DNA of 63,587 nucleotides, counting the filler. It is 6 parts of 6 records of this genome, joined end to end, with 100 filler letters (N's around TTAATTAATTAA, not from the genome) between each part and the next. Parts side by side here need not be neighbours in the genome. Positions count along the whole stretch, not along the records: positions 34,858 to 50,354 come from SRR31156797_13836; positions 50,455 to 58,286 come from SRR31156797_13838; 4 more parts are not named here. One strand, given 5' to 3'. The position numbers were made by a program, and so were the translations under genes. A model generated the notes under the pieces. That model saw nothing but the letters and a program-made list of their open reading frames with translations. It ran no database searches and had not been told where the DNA came from. Below, piece after piece: positions 42,235 through 53,092 of this stretch (its first letter is position 1; every line of letters starts with the position of its first letter).

Positions 42235-43503
42235 ATGAGAGTACTTCTTTTGGGGTCCGGAGGACGTGAACATGCTTTTGCATGGAAATTTAATCAAAGC
42301 AAAAAACTGGAAAAACTATTTGTAGCACCTGGAAATGCGGGAACTGCTGAAATAGCCGAAAATATCGATTTGAATCCAAACGATTTTCCTAAAATTAAGG
42401 AATTCGTATTGGCAAATAAGATTGATATGCTTGTAGTTGGTCCTGAAGATCCATTGGTAAATGGAATTCATGATTTCTTTTTAGCAGATGAGCAAATCAA
42501 GCACATTCCGGTTATTGGTCCTGAAAAATTGGGTGCACAATTAGAAGGAAGTAAAGATTTTGCTAAGGAATTCATGTTCCGACACAATATTCCAACGGCT
42601 CAATACAAATGTATCACTAACGATAATATTGAAGAAGGATACCAGTTTTTAGAATCACTTAAAGCTCCATATGTATTAAAAGCAGATGGATTGGCTGCGG
42701 GTAAAGGTGTTCTTATCATTAATGATTTGGATGAGGCTAAAAACTCTCTGAAAGAGATGTTAGGCGGAATGTTTGGTGAAGCTGGAAACCGAGTAGTAAT
42801 TGAGGAATTTTTATCAGGGATTGAATTGTCGGTTTTTGTTTTAACTGATGGTAAAAATTATAAAACTCTTGCTGAAGCTAAGGATTACAAAAGAATTGGA
42901 GAAGGAGAAACCGGATTAAATACTGGTGGTATGGGTGCAATTTCGCCTGTTCCTTTTGCCAAAGGTGATTTCATGGAAAAAGTAGAGGAGAGAGTTATTC
43001 TTCCTACTATTGAAGGATTGAATAAAGATAATATTCCATATAAAGGTTTCGTGTTTATTGGATTGATGAATGTTGGGGGAGATCCTTATGTGATTGAATA
43101 CAATGTGAGAATGGGCGATCCTGAAACAGAGGTGATTCTACCTAGAGTAAAATCGGATTTGTTGGAGTTGATGGAAGCTGTTTCAAAACAAGAATTGGAT
43201 AAGGCTGATTTTGAAATGGATTCAAGAACTGTATCAACTGTAATGTTGGTTTCAGGAGGTTATCCTGAAGCTTACGAAAAGGGAAAAGCCATTTCCAACT
43301 TAAAAGATGTTGAAGGTAGCATTGTTTTTCATGCCGGAACTACAAATTCAGGATCTGAAGTTGTGACCAATGGAGGACGTGTGATCTCTGTAAGTTCTTA
43401 TGGTGAGAATATGTCAGAGGCTTTGAAATCTTCGTTTAAAAATGCAGAATTGATCGATTTTGAAGGAAAATATTTCCGTAGAGATATCGGATTCGATTTA
43501 TAA
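42235..43503 (+). CDS. purD: Phosphoribosylamine--glycine ligase
   Basis: [51 protein letters not shown]. Confidence 0.98.
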   Translation: MRVLLLGSGGREHAFAWKFNQSKKLEKLFVAPGNAGTAEIAENIDLNPNDFPKIKEFVLANKIDMLVVGPEDPLVNGIHDFFLADEQIKHIPVIGPEKLGAQLEGSKDFAKEFMFRHNIPTAQYKCITNDNIEEGYQFLESLKAPYVLKADGLAAGKGVLIINDLDEAKNSLKEMLGGMFGEAGNRVVIEEFLSGIELSVFVLTDGKNYKTLAEAKDYKRIGEGETGLNTGGMGAISPVPFAKGDFMEKVEERVILPTIEGLNKDNIPYKGFVFIGLMNVGGDPYVIEYNVRMGDPETEVILPRVKSDLLELMEAVSKQELDKADFEMDSRTVSTVMLVSGGYPEAYEKGKAISNLKDVEGSIVFHAGTTNSGSEVVTNGGRVISVSSYGENMSEALKSSFKNAELIDFEGKYFRRDIGFDL

Positions 43504-43566
43504 GATAATATACTTCATTGCTCTTTTCACATGTATTAGAGCAATGAACTTTTAATTTCTCGTTAC

Positions 43567-44541
43567 ATGCTGTTAAAGACATTAAAGGGCAGACATTATT
43601 TGCTACTGGTATTTGTGCCAATTTTAATTTTACTGTTGTGGTTTAAAGCTTTTATGAACCCAGTATCCTTAACAGGGAGTCACCCACAAATGCCAATTTA
43701 TTCTTTACTCCAAAGTATTACCGGAGATAGTTTAATTGCATTAAACATTATAGGATATTTAATTCTTGCATTTCTGTCTTTAATGATGGTTCGTTTGAAC
43801 GAGCGATATGTTTTTATTCGACAACGAACAGATTTACCTGCCTTTGTTTTTGCTCTAATTGCAACCGGAACTGTCTCCCTATACGGTATGCATCCATCTT
43901 TATTGGCTTCATTGCTGTTATTTTTTGCCATAGAAAGAGTCTTTGGAATTTATCATGGATCATCAACTTTGGCTAAATCATTCGATGCTGGTATACTAAT
44001 TGGTTTGGCAAGTTTGGTTTATATTTTCGCTGGAGTTTATTTGATATGGTTCTGGCTTTCATTAGCCTTTTTGGGATATTTTAGAGGACGTGAAATTTTA
44101 GCAGGCTTAGTTGGTTTTATCTTACCCGTTTTTATTGCAGTAAGCTGGTTTTATCTGAATGGTAATTTAGAGGATTTAATTCAAACTTTTAAAGCACTTT
44201 TGAGTCAAAATTTAGGAGCTGAATACTCATTATACCAGAAAGTATTTTGGTTAGTTATTGGCTTTTTAGTGTTAATTTCATCAGCCTTTATGACTCGTGT
44301 TGTTGAAGAAAAGAAAATTAGTTCAAGAAAATACTTTACCATTTTGTTGATATTTTTTCTTTGTACAATAACTAGTTTTCTACTTTTTAATGGAGCTGGT
44401 GTTGAGTTGTATTTTATAACTCTTATTCCTGTTACATATATTATCAGCCACTATTTTGTGCTTAGCAGATATTCCTGGATGATGGAAGTGTTGTTTGTTA
44501 TTTTCGTATTATCAGGAATATTAATTCATTTTATGGCATAA
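43567..44541 (+). CDS. Polytopic membrane protein (DUF6427-like)
   Basis: About 10 TM helices, FDAGILIGLASL; position after purD as often seen in Bacteroidota. Confidence 0.6.
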   Translation: MLLKTLKGRHYLLLVFVPILILLLWFKAFMNPVSLTGSHPQMPIYSLLQSITGDSLIALNIIGYLILAFLSLMMVRLNERYVFIRQRTDLPAFVFALIATGTVSLYGMHPSLLASLLLFFAIERVFGIYHGSSTLAKSFDAGILIGLASLVYIFAGVYLIWFWLSLAFLGYFRGREILAGLVGFILPVFIAVSWFYLNGNLEDLIQTFKALLSQNLGAEYSLYQKVFWLVIGFLVLISSAFMTRVVEEKKISSRKYFTILLIFFLCTITSFLLFNGAGVELYFITLIPVTYIISHYFVLSRYSWMMEVLFVIFVLSGILIHFMA

Positions 44542-44593
44542 AAAAATGCCATCCCGTAATAGGATGACATTTTCTATATAGAACAGGTTGTAT

Positions 44594-46471
44594 TTATTTT
44601 TCAATGATATTTTCTGTATCAAATGCCGTAGCAACTAAATTATCTTCTTCATTATCAGTTATGGCAAAAATAATATCGTTATAATCTTTATCTCCATCAG
44701 GTAGTTTAATATCTTCAAAGCAAAGCACAATATCTTTACAGTTATTTTCGATAAATAAAACATGTTGCTGATTGTCTAAAGGATTAAGGTATGTATTTGT
44801 GTAATGACGATAAACACCTTCAACAGTAGCACCATTCTTCCATCCTTTTGCAATTAGGCAGAACCCAATAACTGTGTTTTCTGGGAATGCTTCATCACCT
44901 AGTTGTACGCGATCTCCAGAAGTTAATCCGCCACCTTCTCCTTCTTTAGAAACATTAGGGAATAACATATGTAGCTCAACATCATCTTCATCCGATGGTG
45001 GATTCGCTGCATCATAAGTGTAATAAGCCAATGAGTTTCTCCAACCAGCACCTTCATCAATAAAAGTTAGATAAACAGGTGATTCTTTTGTTAATCGTAA
45101 AATTAAATTATTTTCATCAGTGAACAGATCAGAATGTGTATCTATATTGTTTGTTCCTGGAGGAAACATTGCAACAATATTATCGATTAAAGTAGCACAA
45201 GGTTTGGTAGGAATAATATCCTCAGGAATTCCTTCATCCAGTTCAATGGTTAATATTTTTAAGCCACCTGTTCCTGCTGCAACAAAAATGTACTCATCTT
45301 TTGATTCAACAAAATTAACAGAAGCATCAAAATCCATACTTCCAAGAAGTGTTACATCGTCATTTTCTTCAGGAATCATAGCACCAACATATAATCCGGC
45401 ACCACCATTTCCAATTAGTAAAAGCTCTTCGTTCAGCGCTACCGAATTGGTTACATAGTTTTCATCTAAACGGTCTTCAGGAGTAGGAGGTCGTTCAATA
45501 TGTTCTTTTAATTCTCCGTTTAATAATCTGATATCTAATCCACCTTCGTTTAATGCTGCTAATACGTATTCTTCATTCACATCAATTTCAGTTTTTGATT
45601 CGGGAGTTACCGGACCGTTAACTGAAAATGGACTTAATGCAGTAAAATCAGACTTAGAGAAAGATTGTATCTGAGGAGTATCTCCATCTAAAACATAAAT
45701 GTTATCAGAATTTACACTTAAAGATCTAGCATCATTAATAGCAGTGCTTGTTGCTAAACTAAAATCGTGATTAAGGATTGTTAATGATCCTGTAGAACCA
45801 CTTGTTACATATATATAGTTTTCATCCACTTCCACATCAGTAGCAACATAGGATGAAATATCATATGTATTTGTAATGTACAGAATTTGACCGGATGGAC
45901 TAATTTCCAACTCAATAAGAATTGCTGGTGAATCATATACAAATCCAACACTTTCAGGATCAAGTGCTCCAGCTAAATACAATTTGCCGTTGTAATAATC
46001 AGCAGCACTTACATCAACATCATGCAATAAAGCTTGAGCCTGAAGAACTGGGTTACTCTTATCTGTAATATTAAATAGTTCTACACCACCATTATACTCA
46101 GGTCCTTTTGTATTGTAGGTTACAAATGCCATGTTTTCAACTATTTTTACATGGGTTGCCTGAACGTATTCTCCTTTAACCATAGGAGCATCTACTTCAG
46201 CTCTTAGTTTAAAAGCATAGTTTTTTGTTAAATCTATTTCGGGAAATTCTTTTGTGGATTTAACAGATCCTATTGGTAAATCTACAACCTTCAGCAATTT
46301 GTCGGAATAGTTTACACGGGCATTTAGCTCTGTGGAATTATTGTTAATACTTACATTTTTAATAATGTCATTGTCTTTTTCTTTCTCTTTATCAGGACTT
46401 TTAAAATTGTCATCTGAACAGGAATAAACTAGTGATAATGAGAAAATAAATAGTAGTAAATACTTTTTCAT
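44594..46471 (-). CDS. Lipoprotein with beta-propeller (LVIVD-like) and C-terminal DUF4114-like domain
   Basis: MKKYLLL...VYSC lipobox; EGAGWRNSLAYYTY and CFEDI...GDKDYNDIIF. Confidence 0.7.
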   Translation of the reverse strand: MKKYLLLFIFSLSLVYSCSDDNFKSPDKEKEKDNDIIKNVSINNNSTELNARVNYSDKLLKVVDLPIGSVKSTKEFPEIDLTKNYAFKLRAEVDAPMVKGEYVQATHVKIVENMAFVTYNTKGPEYNGGVELFNITDKSNPVLQAQALLHDVDVSAADYYNGKLYLAGALDPESVGFVYDSPAILIELEISPSGQILYITNTYDISSYVATDVEVDENYIYVTSGSTGSLTILNHDFSLATSTAINDARSLSVNSDNIYVLDGDTPQIQSFSKSDFTALSPFSVNGPVTPESKTEIDVNEEYVLAALNEGGLDIRLLNGELKEHIERPPTPEDRLDENYVTNSVALNEELLLIGNGGAGLYVGAMIPEENDDVTLLGSMDFDASVNFVESKDEYIFVAAGTGGLKILTIELDEGIPEDIIPTKPCATLIDNIVAMFPPGTNNIDTHSDLFTDENNLILRLTKESPVYLTFIDEGAGWRNSLAYYTYDAANPPSDEDDVELHMLFPNVSKEGEGGGLTSGDRVQLGDEAFPENTVIGFCLIAKGWKNGATVEGVYRHYTNTYLNPLDNQQHVLFIENNCKDIVLCFEDIKLPDGDKDYNDIIFAITDNEEDNLVATAFDTENIIEK

Positions 46472-46639
46472 AACTATTGCGAATTTTATATTATTCATAT
46501 TTTGTTCACACAAGTTACACTCTTTGATTGACAATAAGATATTGATTATGGTCAAAAAGCTTAAAATGTTGATGAAGAGCATGTTTTCTTCTGTCAAATT
46601 TTGTAAAACATTGTTTTATAAAAGTTTATGCTGTGAGGA

Positions 46640-47704
46640 TTAAAAGTTCTTTTTAATCCATCGTGGAAGAAGATAAACACCGATAAACAGGTAAGGATAA
46701 TATGATATGAGACGCCAAATAAGAGCCATACTTGCAGCTAAACCAGCCGAAGGTAAAAAATCGCCTAAATACTGTGTGAAGACCCACTCGGAAAATCCAC
46801 TTCCTCCAGGAGTTGGACTAACTAGCATCATGATCCACATTACCAATTGACGAGCAAATATCATTATATGTTCTGAGAAACTATACCCTTGAAACCAAAA
46901 TGCCAAAAGCATAGCATTTACGACCCAATACCTGGCTGTCCATGAGCAAAAGGTAGCCATAAAAGCTTTTAACCAAAAGCGAAATGGTTTTCTACGCAAT
47001 TCTTTTGAGCTTTCAATGATATCGCTTCCTGCTTTATTGGCACCATGTTTCCATTTACGTAATACCGGTAGTTTAAAAATCCAAAGTAGCAACCATTTTA
47101 AACCTCGAGGATTCCAAAATAGACCATAGGTTAAAACAATTAAATAAATAAGTTTTACCAAATATCCACCCAAAGCAAAATAAAGAAGAGAATCTAACCA
47201 TAGTGAATGTTCAGGAGAATCTACCATGAACAGTTGTTGTACATCTAATAACAATATCAACAAAGGAAACATGACGATGAAATACAATTCGTCAAGAAAA
47301 GAAGTTGACATAACAACAGCAGAACTTCTACCTACCTTTAAACCTTCCTTATTAAGGTATAGAATCGCTACAGAAGTACCTCCAATTGCGGATGGTGTAA
47401 CGGCGGAGGTAAATTCCCAAAGCATTATAATTCGAAAAGATTTGCGCCATGAAAATTTTCCATCAGTGAGAATTCGAAGTCTTACTATATAGCCTAAATC
47501 TCGAATAACCATCATTAGAAGTGCAATACACAGCCAAAACATCGAATACCAGGTAAATTCTATTAAAGAAAATGTGTTGGCATCAACTTCTTTAGATAGC
47601 ATATATACAACCACAGCCAAACCAAATAAAATCGGATAAACGATTCTACTAGGTCTAACCCCATTCAGAAGTTTTTTTTGATTTCCTGGCTTGGTTTGAC
47701 TCAT
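46640..47704 (-). CDS. Lysylphosphatidylglycerol synthase TM domain / UPF0104 flippase-like protein
   Basis: EFTSAVTPSAIGG, SPTPGGSGFSE, WRLISYY. Confidence 0.85.
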   Translation of the reverse strand: MSQTKPGNQKKLLNGVRPSRIVYPILFGLAVVVYMLSKEVDANTFSLIEFTWYSMFWLCIALLMMVIRDLGYIVRLRILTDGKFSWRKSFRIIMLWEFTSAVTPSAIGGTSVAILYLNKEGLKVGRSSAVVMSTSFLDELYFIVMFPLLILLLDVQQLFMVDSPEHSLWLDSLLYFALGGYLVKLIYLIVLTYGLFWNPRGLKWLLLWIFKLPVLRKWKHGANKAGSDIIESSKELRRKPFRFWLKAFMATFCSWTARYWVVNAMLLAFWFQGYSFSEHIMIFARQLVMWIMMLVSPTPGGSGFSEWVFTQYLGDFLPSAGLAASMALIWRLISYYPYLFIGVYLLPRWIKKNF

Positions 47705-47920
47705 TTTTAATGTTCTAAAGGGTAATAAATTTACACAAATAATAAGTTTCACAAACAATCCGATTGTAAGGGAAATGTTAAAAATACATAAATAAGGTAG
47801 AAGCTAAACAATTGCTAAATCAAGAAAGATTTCTAGAAGAAGGAAAGTAATGACTATTAATATTTATTTGATTAGTAGTTTTTTCCTATTTTTAATAGAC
47901 TAACGCTCAATTTTTAATCT

Positions 47921-50143
47921 ATGTCTTCAATACACAATTCTCAAAAATTTGGAACGGCTCCTGTTTTTTTTACAGCGATTTCTACCATTTTAGGTGCTAT
48001 TTTATTTTTACGATTTGGTTATGCCGTTGGAAATGTTGGTTTCTGGGGAGTAATATTTATTATTTTATTGGGACACGCTGTAACTATTCCAACTGCCTTT
48101 GCGATATCTGAAATTGCAACAAATAAACGAGTAGAAGGTGGAGGAGAATATTTCATTATATCACGGTCATTTGGTTTAAATGTAGGAGCAACAATTGGGA
48201 TTGCACTTTTTATGTCCCAGGCAATTAGCGTGGCATTTTATGTCATTGCTTTTACAGAAGCATTTGAACCTATTTTTAATTGGCTAAGAGAAACATATGG
48301 ATACGATCTTCCTCGTCAGGTAGTAAGTGTGCCGGCTATGTTGTTACTTTCGATTTTAATTCTTAAAAAAGGAGCTAATTTGGGTGTAAAAGCTCTTTAT
48401 TTCGTTGTGGCTATTTTATTTGCTTCATTAATATTATTTTTTTTAGGAAAGACAGAATATTCTGCTGTTAGCAACTTCAATTTATGGAATGCTGATTTTC
48501 GAAACTCTGATAATTTCTTCATTGTATTTGCAATAATTTTTCCCGCGTTTACGGGAATGACTGCCGGTGTTGGATTATCGGGAGATTTAAAGAATCCCTC
48601 AAAATCTATTCCATTAGGAACAACTGCAGCTACAATAATTGGCATGGTCATCTACTTTTTCATCGTTTATAAATTAGCAGGATCGGCAAGTAGTGAAGAT
48701 TTGGTAGAACATCAATTAATCATGTCAAAAATTGCACTTGGCGGAGCTATTGTTATTCCTTTGGGCTTGGCAGCTTCAACCATTTCATCGGCTTTGGGTT
48801 CGGTAATGGTTGCTCCGAGAACTTTACAAGCTCTCTCAATCGATAAGTCTTTTCCATCGAAAGGATTGAATAAATGGTTGTCGAAAGGTAGATCTTCCGA
48901 TAATGAACCAATTAATGCTTCATTAGTAACTTGTATCATTGCAATGATATTTGTTATATTGGGAGATGTTAATGCCGTTGCAGAAATTATATCGATGTTC
49001 TTTATGCTTACCTATGGAGCTCTTTGTCTGATATCTTTTTTGAATCATTTTGGATCTTCGCCTAGTTATCGTCCATCATTTAAATCAAAATGGTTTTTAT
49101 CTCTTATCGGATTTTGGATTTCGATTTGGGTGATGTTTAAAATAAATACCTTATATGCTTTTAGTGCCGTTGTGCTAATGACTTTGATCTATTTGTATAT
49201 TAACAGATATCACAAGCATAGAAATGGTTTGGAGTCCATTTTTCTGAATTCACTTTATCAATTGAATCGAAATATGCAGGTATTTTTGCAGAAAGCTGGT
49301 AAAAGAAAGATGAGGGAATGGCGACCAAGCGCAATTTGCATATCAAAGGATTCGTTCGAACGAGATACAGCATTTAAATTGTTAAATTGGATTTCGTACA
49401 AATACGGCTTTGGAACCTATTTGCATAGAATTGAAGGCTATTATTCAAAAGCTACATATTCTCAATCACAAGATGAATTACATAAGCTTATCAATAGTTT
49501 TGATAAAATGGAAAATCATGTTTATGTTGATACGATAATATCTCCATCTTACACATCGGCTATTGCACAAGCTATACAATTACCTGGAATTGCAGGTATG
49601 GAAAATAACATGGTAATATTTGAATTTGATAAAGATAATCCGGATCGCTTAGATCTGATTATTGAGAATTATTCGTTGGCTAAAGCTGGAAATTTTGATT
49701 TCTGTATTTTAGGTAGTTCACGACGAAAATTCAACTATAAGAATAATATTCATGTATGGATAAAATCTTCGGATACCGATAATGCCAATCTCATGATATT
49801 ATTGAGCTTTATAATAGGTGGTCATCCTGATTGGAATAAGGCTGATATTAAAATCTTTAATATTTGTAAAGAGGAACAAGCATCAGAAACTCGCAAACAA
49901 CTTGATGATCTTGTCGTATCTGGCAGGTTGCCAATTACCAATTCCAATATCGAAATCATTCATGAGCAGATAGATGTATCATCTCGAGAATTAATTAATA
50001 AACGATCTGCTGATGCAGGTTTAACTATTATTGGTTTTAGAGGTGAATCTTTGAAACATGAAAAATCTGAATTGTTTAAAGGATACCAAGAGATAGGAAA
50101 TATACTTTTTATCAATTCAAATAGTCAGAAGACCATAGATTGA
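47921..50143 (+). CDS. APC-superfamily transporter, cation-chloride cotransporter (SLC12)-like
   Basis: GAILFLR, GGGEYFIISRSFG, FPAFTGMTAG, SGDLKNPSKSIPLGT, YRPSFK, WRP; large cytosolic C-terminal domain. Confidence 0.85.
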   Translation: MSSIHNSQKFGTAPVFFTAISTILGAILFLRFGYAVGNVGFWGVIFIILLGHAVTIPTAFAISEIATNKRVEGGGEYFIISRSFGLNVGATIGIALFMSQAISVAFYVIAFTEAFEPIFNWLRETYGYDLPRQVVSVPAMLLLSILILKKGANLGVKALYFVVAILFASLILFFLGKTEYSAVSNFNLWNADFRNSDNFFIVFAIIFPAFTGMTAGVGLSGDLKNPSKSIPLGTTAATIIGMVIYFFIVYKLAGSASSEDLVEHQLIMSKIALGGAIVIPLGLAASTISSALGSVMVAPRTLQALSIDKSFPSKGLNKWLSKGRSSDNEPINASLVTCIIAMIFVILGDVNAVAEIISMFFMLTYGALCLISFLNHFGSSPSYRPSFKSKWFLSLIGFWISIWVMFKINTLYAFSAVVLMTLIYLYINRYHKHRNGLESIFLNSLYQLNRNMQVFLQKAGKRKMREWRPSAICISKDSFERDTAFKLLNWISYKYGFGTYLHRIEGYYSKATYSQSQDELHKLINSFDKMENHVYVDTIISPSYTSAIAQAIQLPGIAGMENNMVIFEFDKDNPDRLDLIIENYSLAKAGNFDFCILGSSRRKFNYKNNIHVWIKSSDTDNANLMILLSFIIGGHPDWNKADIKIFNICKEEQASETRKQLDDLVVSGRLPITNSNIEIIHEQIDVSSRELINKRSADAGLTIIGFRGESLKHEKSELFKGYQEIGNILFINSNSQKTID

Positions 50144-50149
50144 CAAAAT

Positions 50150-50226
50150 AAAAAAGTCCGGGAACCACCCCGGACTTTACTCTAACCCATTTTAATCTAT
50201 GAAAACCTAATCCTCTCGGAAAGGAT
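50150..50226 (-). ncRNA. Candidate small RNA
   Basis: Promoter element TACTTTTG at 50231-50238, 5' hairpin ATCCT/AGGAT, U-rich linker, terminator AAAGTCCGGG/CCCGGACTTT with U tail; no ORF. Confidence 0.5.
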
Positions 50227-50354
50227 GATACAAAAGTATGAATTCTAGCTAATCTGAATATTTAAAAGTTGTTAAATAAGGTTAAATACGTGGACTTATA
50301 GGGAATTGAGTAGAAGGAGAAATAAAAAAGCGGCCACAGCATAAATGCCATAAC

Positions 50355-50454
50355 NNNNNNNNNNNNNNNNNNNNNNNNNNNNNNNNNNNNNNNNNNNNTT
50401 AATTAATTAANNNNNNNNNNNNNNNNNNNNNNNNNNNNNNNNNNNNNNNNNNNN
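50355..50454. other. Artificial contig linker
   Basis: 44 N + TTAATTAATTAA + 44 N. Confidence 0.99.
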
Positions 50455-50455
50455 C

Positions 50456-50830
50456 GCGGAGAGTTTCCTTGCACTTCTGGCACCGCTTGGCGCGGATAGT
50501 GGAATTGGCCTTTGGGCAGCGGTTTCAGTCCTTACAACAGGGGTCACCAATACGATGTCCAACGGCGCAGCCGTGGCCGTATTGGGACCGATCGTCTTGA
50601 AGCTGGCGGTGGTCGCCGAAGAAAGCCCGATAATCATCGGCTTCATCACCGCTGTTTCATCAGCGTTCGCTTATTTAACCGTGATAGGCACCCCAGCCTG
50701 CACCATCGTCTATGCTTCAGGATATTTAAAAACGACCGATTTCTTATCTGTCGGGTGGAAGATGGCGATAATGTCCACCATCGTGATGTTAGCGGCGGCA
50801 GCTATATATTGGCCGCTTATTGGCGTCTAG
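50456..50830 (+). CDS. DASS/SLC13 anion transporter, C-terminal part (5'-truncated)
   Basis: TNTMSNGAAVAVLGP, SSAFAYLTVIGTPA, YASGYL...DF..VG. Confidence 0.82.
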   Translation, partial: AESFLALLAPLGADSGIGLWAAVSVLTTGVTNTMSNGAAVAVLGPIVLKLAVVAEESPIIIGFITAVSSAFAYLTVIGTPACTIVYASGYLKTTDFLSVGWKMAIMSTIVMLAAAAIYWPLIGV

Positions 50831-50854
50831 AAGCCATCCGTAGGGAGTTAACTG

Positions 50855-51799
50855 ATGGACGAGTATGATGATCAACGATTCCGGATTCTTGTTTGTATAG
50901 ATGGCTCCGAAGAATCCTATCGAAGCCTCCGCTATGCCGCAAAGATGGGCAAAGGTGTTGAGGCTGATATCGTATTGCTCTATGTGCGTCAAATGGATCA
51001 TGGTTTGCGTTCGGGAGGGCTGCAAGTCAATGTCGCCCGCCAAAACATGCTGGACTGGGGGCTCGAACTCCCGGGCGTTCAATACCTCAGGAAGGGAAAA
51101 GATCTTCTGATCGACGTCGGATATATGGCGCCGGACCGCCGTGCAGAATTTAGCCACGCCGATGTCGCCGGCGATCCTCTCGGTGACAACAAAGTGGTCT
51201 ATATAGGACGCAATAAACGTCGGGTAATCCTCAAGTTTAAAGTTGCGACAGATATTGCCAGCGGAATTCTAGAGCAATGGGAAATCGGGAACTATGACTT
51301 GATAATCATGGGTGCCTCAGAACGTTGGAACCGCAAGCGCTTTCGGTCCTTCTGGGATCCACCAACTGCCGAAAAGGTGGCTCTGCACGCTCCCTGTCCG
51401 GTAATGATCGCTCGTCAACTATTGGTCGGTCACAGCCATTTAATTTACACGGATGGCACTGAGATGGCGAAGGAAGTCATTCGCCGCGACGCCCAATTTG
51501 CACACCTTACAGAGAGCTTAGTAGCAGTTGTCGCTGTTGCACCCGATGCCGAAAGCGAACCCGAGGCCGCCCAACATGCCTCCGAGGCTAGGGATATTAT
51601 CGAATCTATGGGCATTGATGTTTTTGAAACCATCGTCCGCGTCGGCGATCCAGTAACGGAGCTTATTGAAGCTGGTGCCGACCATTCCGTAATTGTGGTT
51701 CCTGATCCCGAAGACAAAGGTCTGAAAAGGCTTTTCACCCACAATATGGAAATAGAACTGATGCGTCGCGCCCAATGCTCGGTTATGATTTTTCGATAG
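50855..51799 (+). CDS. Tandem universal stress protein
   Basis: ILVCIDGSEES, DLIIMG, AEKVALHAPCPV, LMRRAQCSVMI. Confidence 0.9.
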   Translation: MDEYDDQRFRILVCIDGSEESYRSLRYAAKMGKGVEADIVLLYVRQMDHGLRSGGLQVNVARQNMLDWGLELPGVQYLRKGKDLLIDVGYMAPDRRAEFSHADVAGDPLGDNKVVYIGRNKRRVILKFKVATDIASGILEQWEIGNYDLIIMGASERWNRKRFRSFWDPPTAEKVALHAPCPVMIARQLLVGHSHLIYTDGTEMAKEVIRRDAQFAHLTESLVAVVAVAPDAESEPEAAQHASEARDIIESMGIDVFETIVRVGDPVTELIEAGADHSVIVVPDPEDKGLKRLFTHNMEIELMRRAQCSVMIFR

Positions 51800-52113
51800 A
51801 TAAAATTAATTTTGATTCTCAACAGACTTATTCCGGTAACACATCGAAATAGAAGATAGTGGATCGTTTTATTAAGCTCGCGGTTTGGCACGATTTTTTG
51901 GTCCAAACAACACTCCCGTTTATCATCATCTCTTTTCGCCGTCAGTTTCCCAGACAATTTTACAACATCGCTGTCAAGTGCAGAAATTTACAGTGAACTG
52001 ATGACTGCAATTTGATGGAGCCCCACCGCGCCAAAGCCGTGGACGAAGAATATATTTCAGTTTAAATTAGAGAAATCTAATTTCTTGGCTGTTGAACCGA
52101 TGAAAGAAGCGAA

Positions 52114-52614
52114 ATGTCTGCCATCGAATCAAATCATAAAAAAATGACAATAATCGTTACCAAGGGCACACTTGACTGGGCCTATCCGCCATTCATTTTG
52201 GCAACCACCGCTGCCGCAATGGATGTCCAAGTAACGATGTTCTTTACATTTTATGGGCTTCAACTCCTGAAAAAAGATATCAGCCATTTAGAGATTTCAA
52301 CTCTAGGAAATCCTGCAATGGAAATGCCATTAATGGGTATGCACCTGAAGATGCCTAATCTGATTTCAACTCTTCCAGGCGTTGATGCCGCCTGTTCAAC
52401 AATGATGAAAAATCTAATCAAGAAGAAAGGTATTGCTTCGATCGAAGATCTTCGTCAGGCGGCAGTAGATTGTGACGTCAAATTGATCGGATGCCAGATG
52501 ACGATGGATCTTTTCGAGTGGACACAGGAAGAAATGGTCGATGGGATCGAGATCGGCGGCGCAGCTACTTATATGGAGCAGGCACTTGCTTCTGATATCA
52601 ATCTGTATATTTAG
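52114..52614 (+). CDS. dsrE2: DsrE2-type sulfurtransferase (DsrE/DsrF/DrsH-like)
   Basis: TKGTLDWAYPPFILATTAAA, FFTFYGL, LGNPAM, CQMTMDLF. Confidence 0.85.
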   Translation: MSAIESNHKKMTIIVTKGTLDWAYPPFILATTAAAMDVQVTMFFTFYGLQLLKKDISHLEISTLGNPAMEMPLMGMHLKMPNLISTLPGVDAACSTMMKNLIKKKGIASIEDLRQAAVDCDVKLIGCQMTMDLFEWTQEEMVDGIEIGGAATYMEQALASDINLYI

Positions 52615-52656
52615 CAATTGAAAAAACTGCGAATGTTCGTGACGAAGGAGGTCTAC

Positions 52657-52878
52657 ATGGAAGAACTTGATGCCCGTGGCCTTAATTGCCCACTACCAAT
52701 ATTGAAAACGAAAAAAGCACTCAAGGAACTACCCGCCGGCGAATCTCTTAGGATCGTTGCGACAGATCCGGGTTCGGTTAAAGATTTCGAATCATTTTGT
52801 CGGACCACTGGAAACGAGTTATTGGAATGCAACGAGGACAACGGGACTTACACCTACGTGATCAGGAAAGGAAACTGA
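52657..52878 (+). CDS. tusA: Sulfur carrier TusA family
   Basis: LDARGLNCPLPILK, ATDPGS; AAGGAGG RBS before the ATG at 52657. Confidence 0.92.
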   Translation: MEELDARGLNCPLPILKTKKALKELPAGESLRIVATDPGSVKDFESFCRTTGNELLECNEDNGTYTYVIRKGN

Positions 52879-53092
52879 TTCGGTCATTGTGAGATCGGAC
52901 CGATCTACCTCTGTCATTGCACCCGCCAAATCCCAAAAATTTTATTTAAACTGGTATCCGCACTCAGTTGTCGCAATGCGAAAGGCGCTTTCTCGAGGTA
53001 GTTTGACATTCGAATTGCTACCCTATCCAACCGCCGAAATGGGTGCCTTTCGGTCGGTCTCCTTAACAATTTCTGGCAGACCAAAGCCAATT

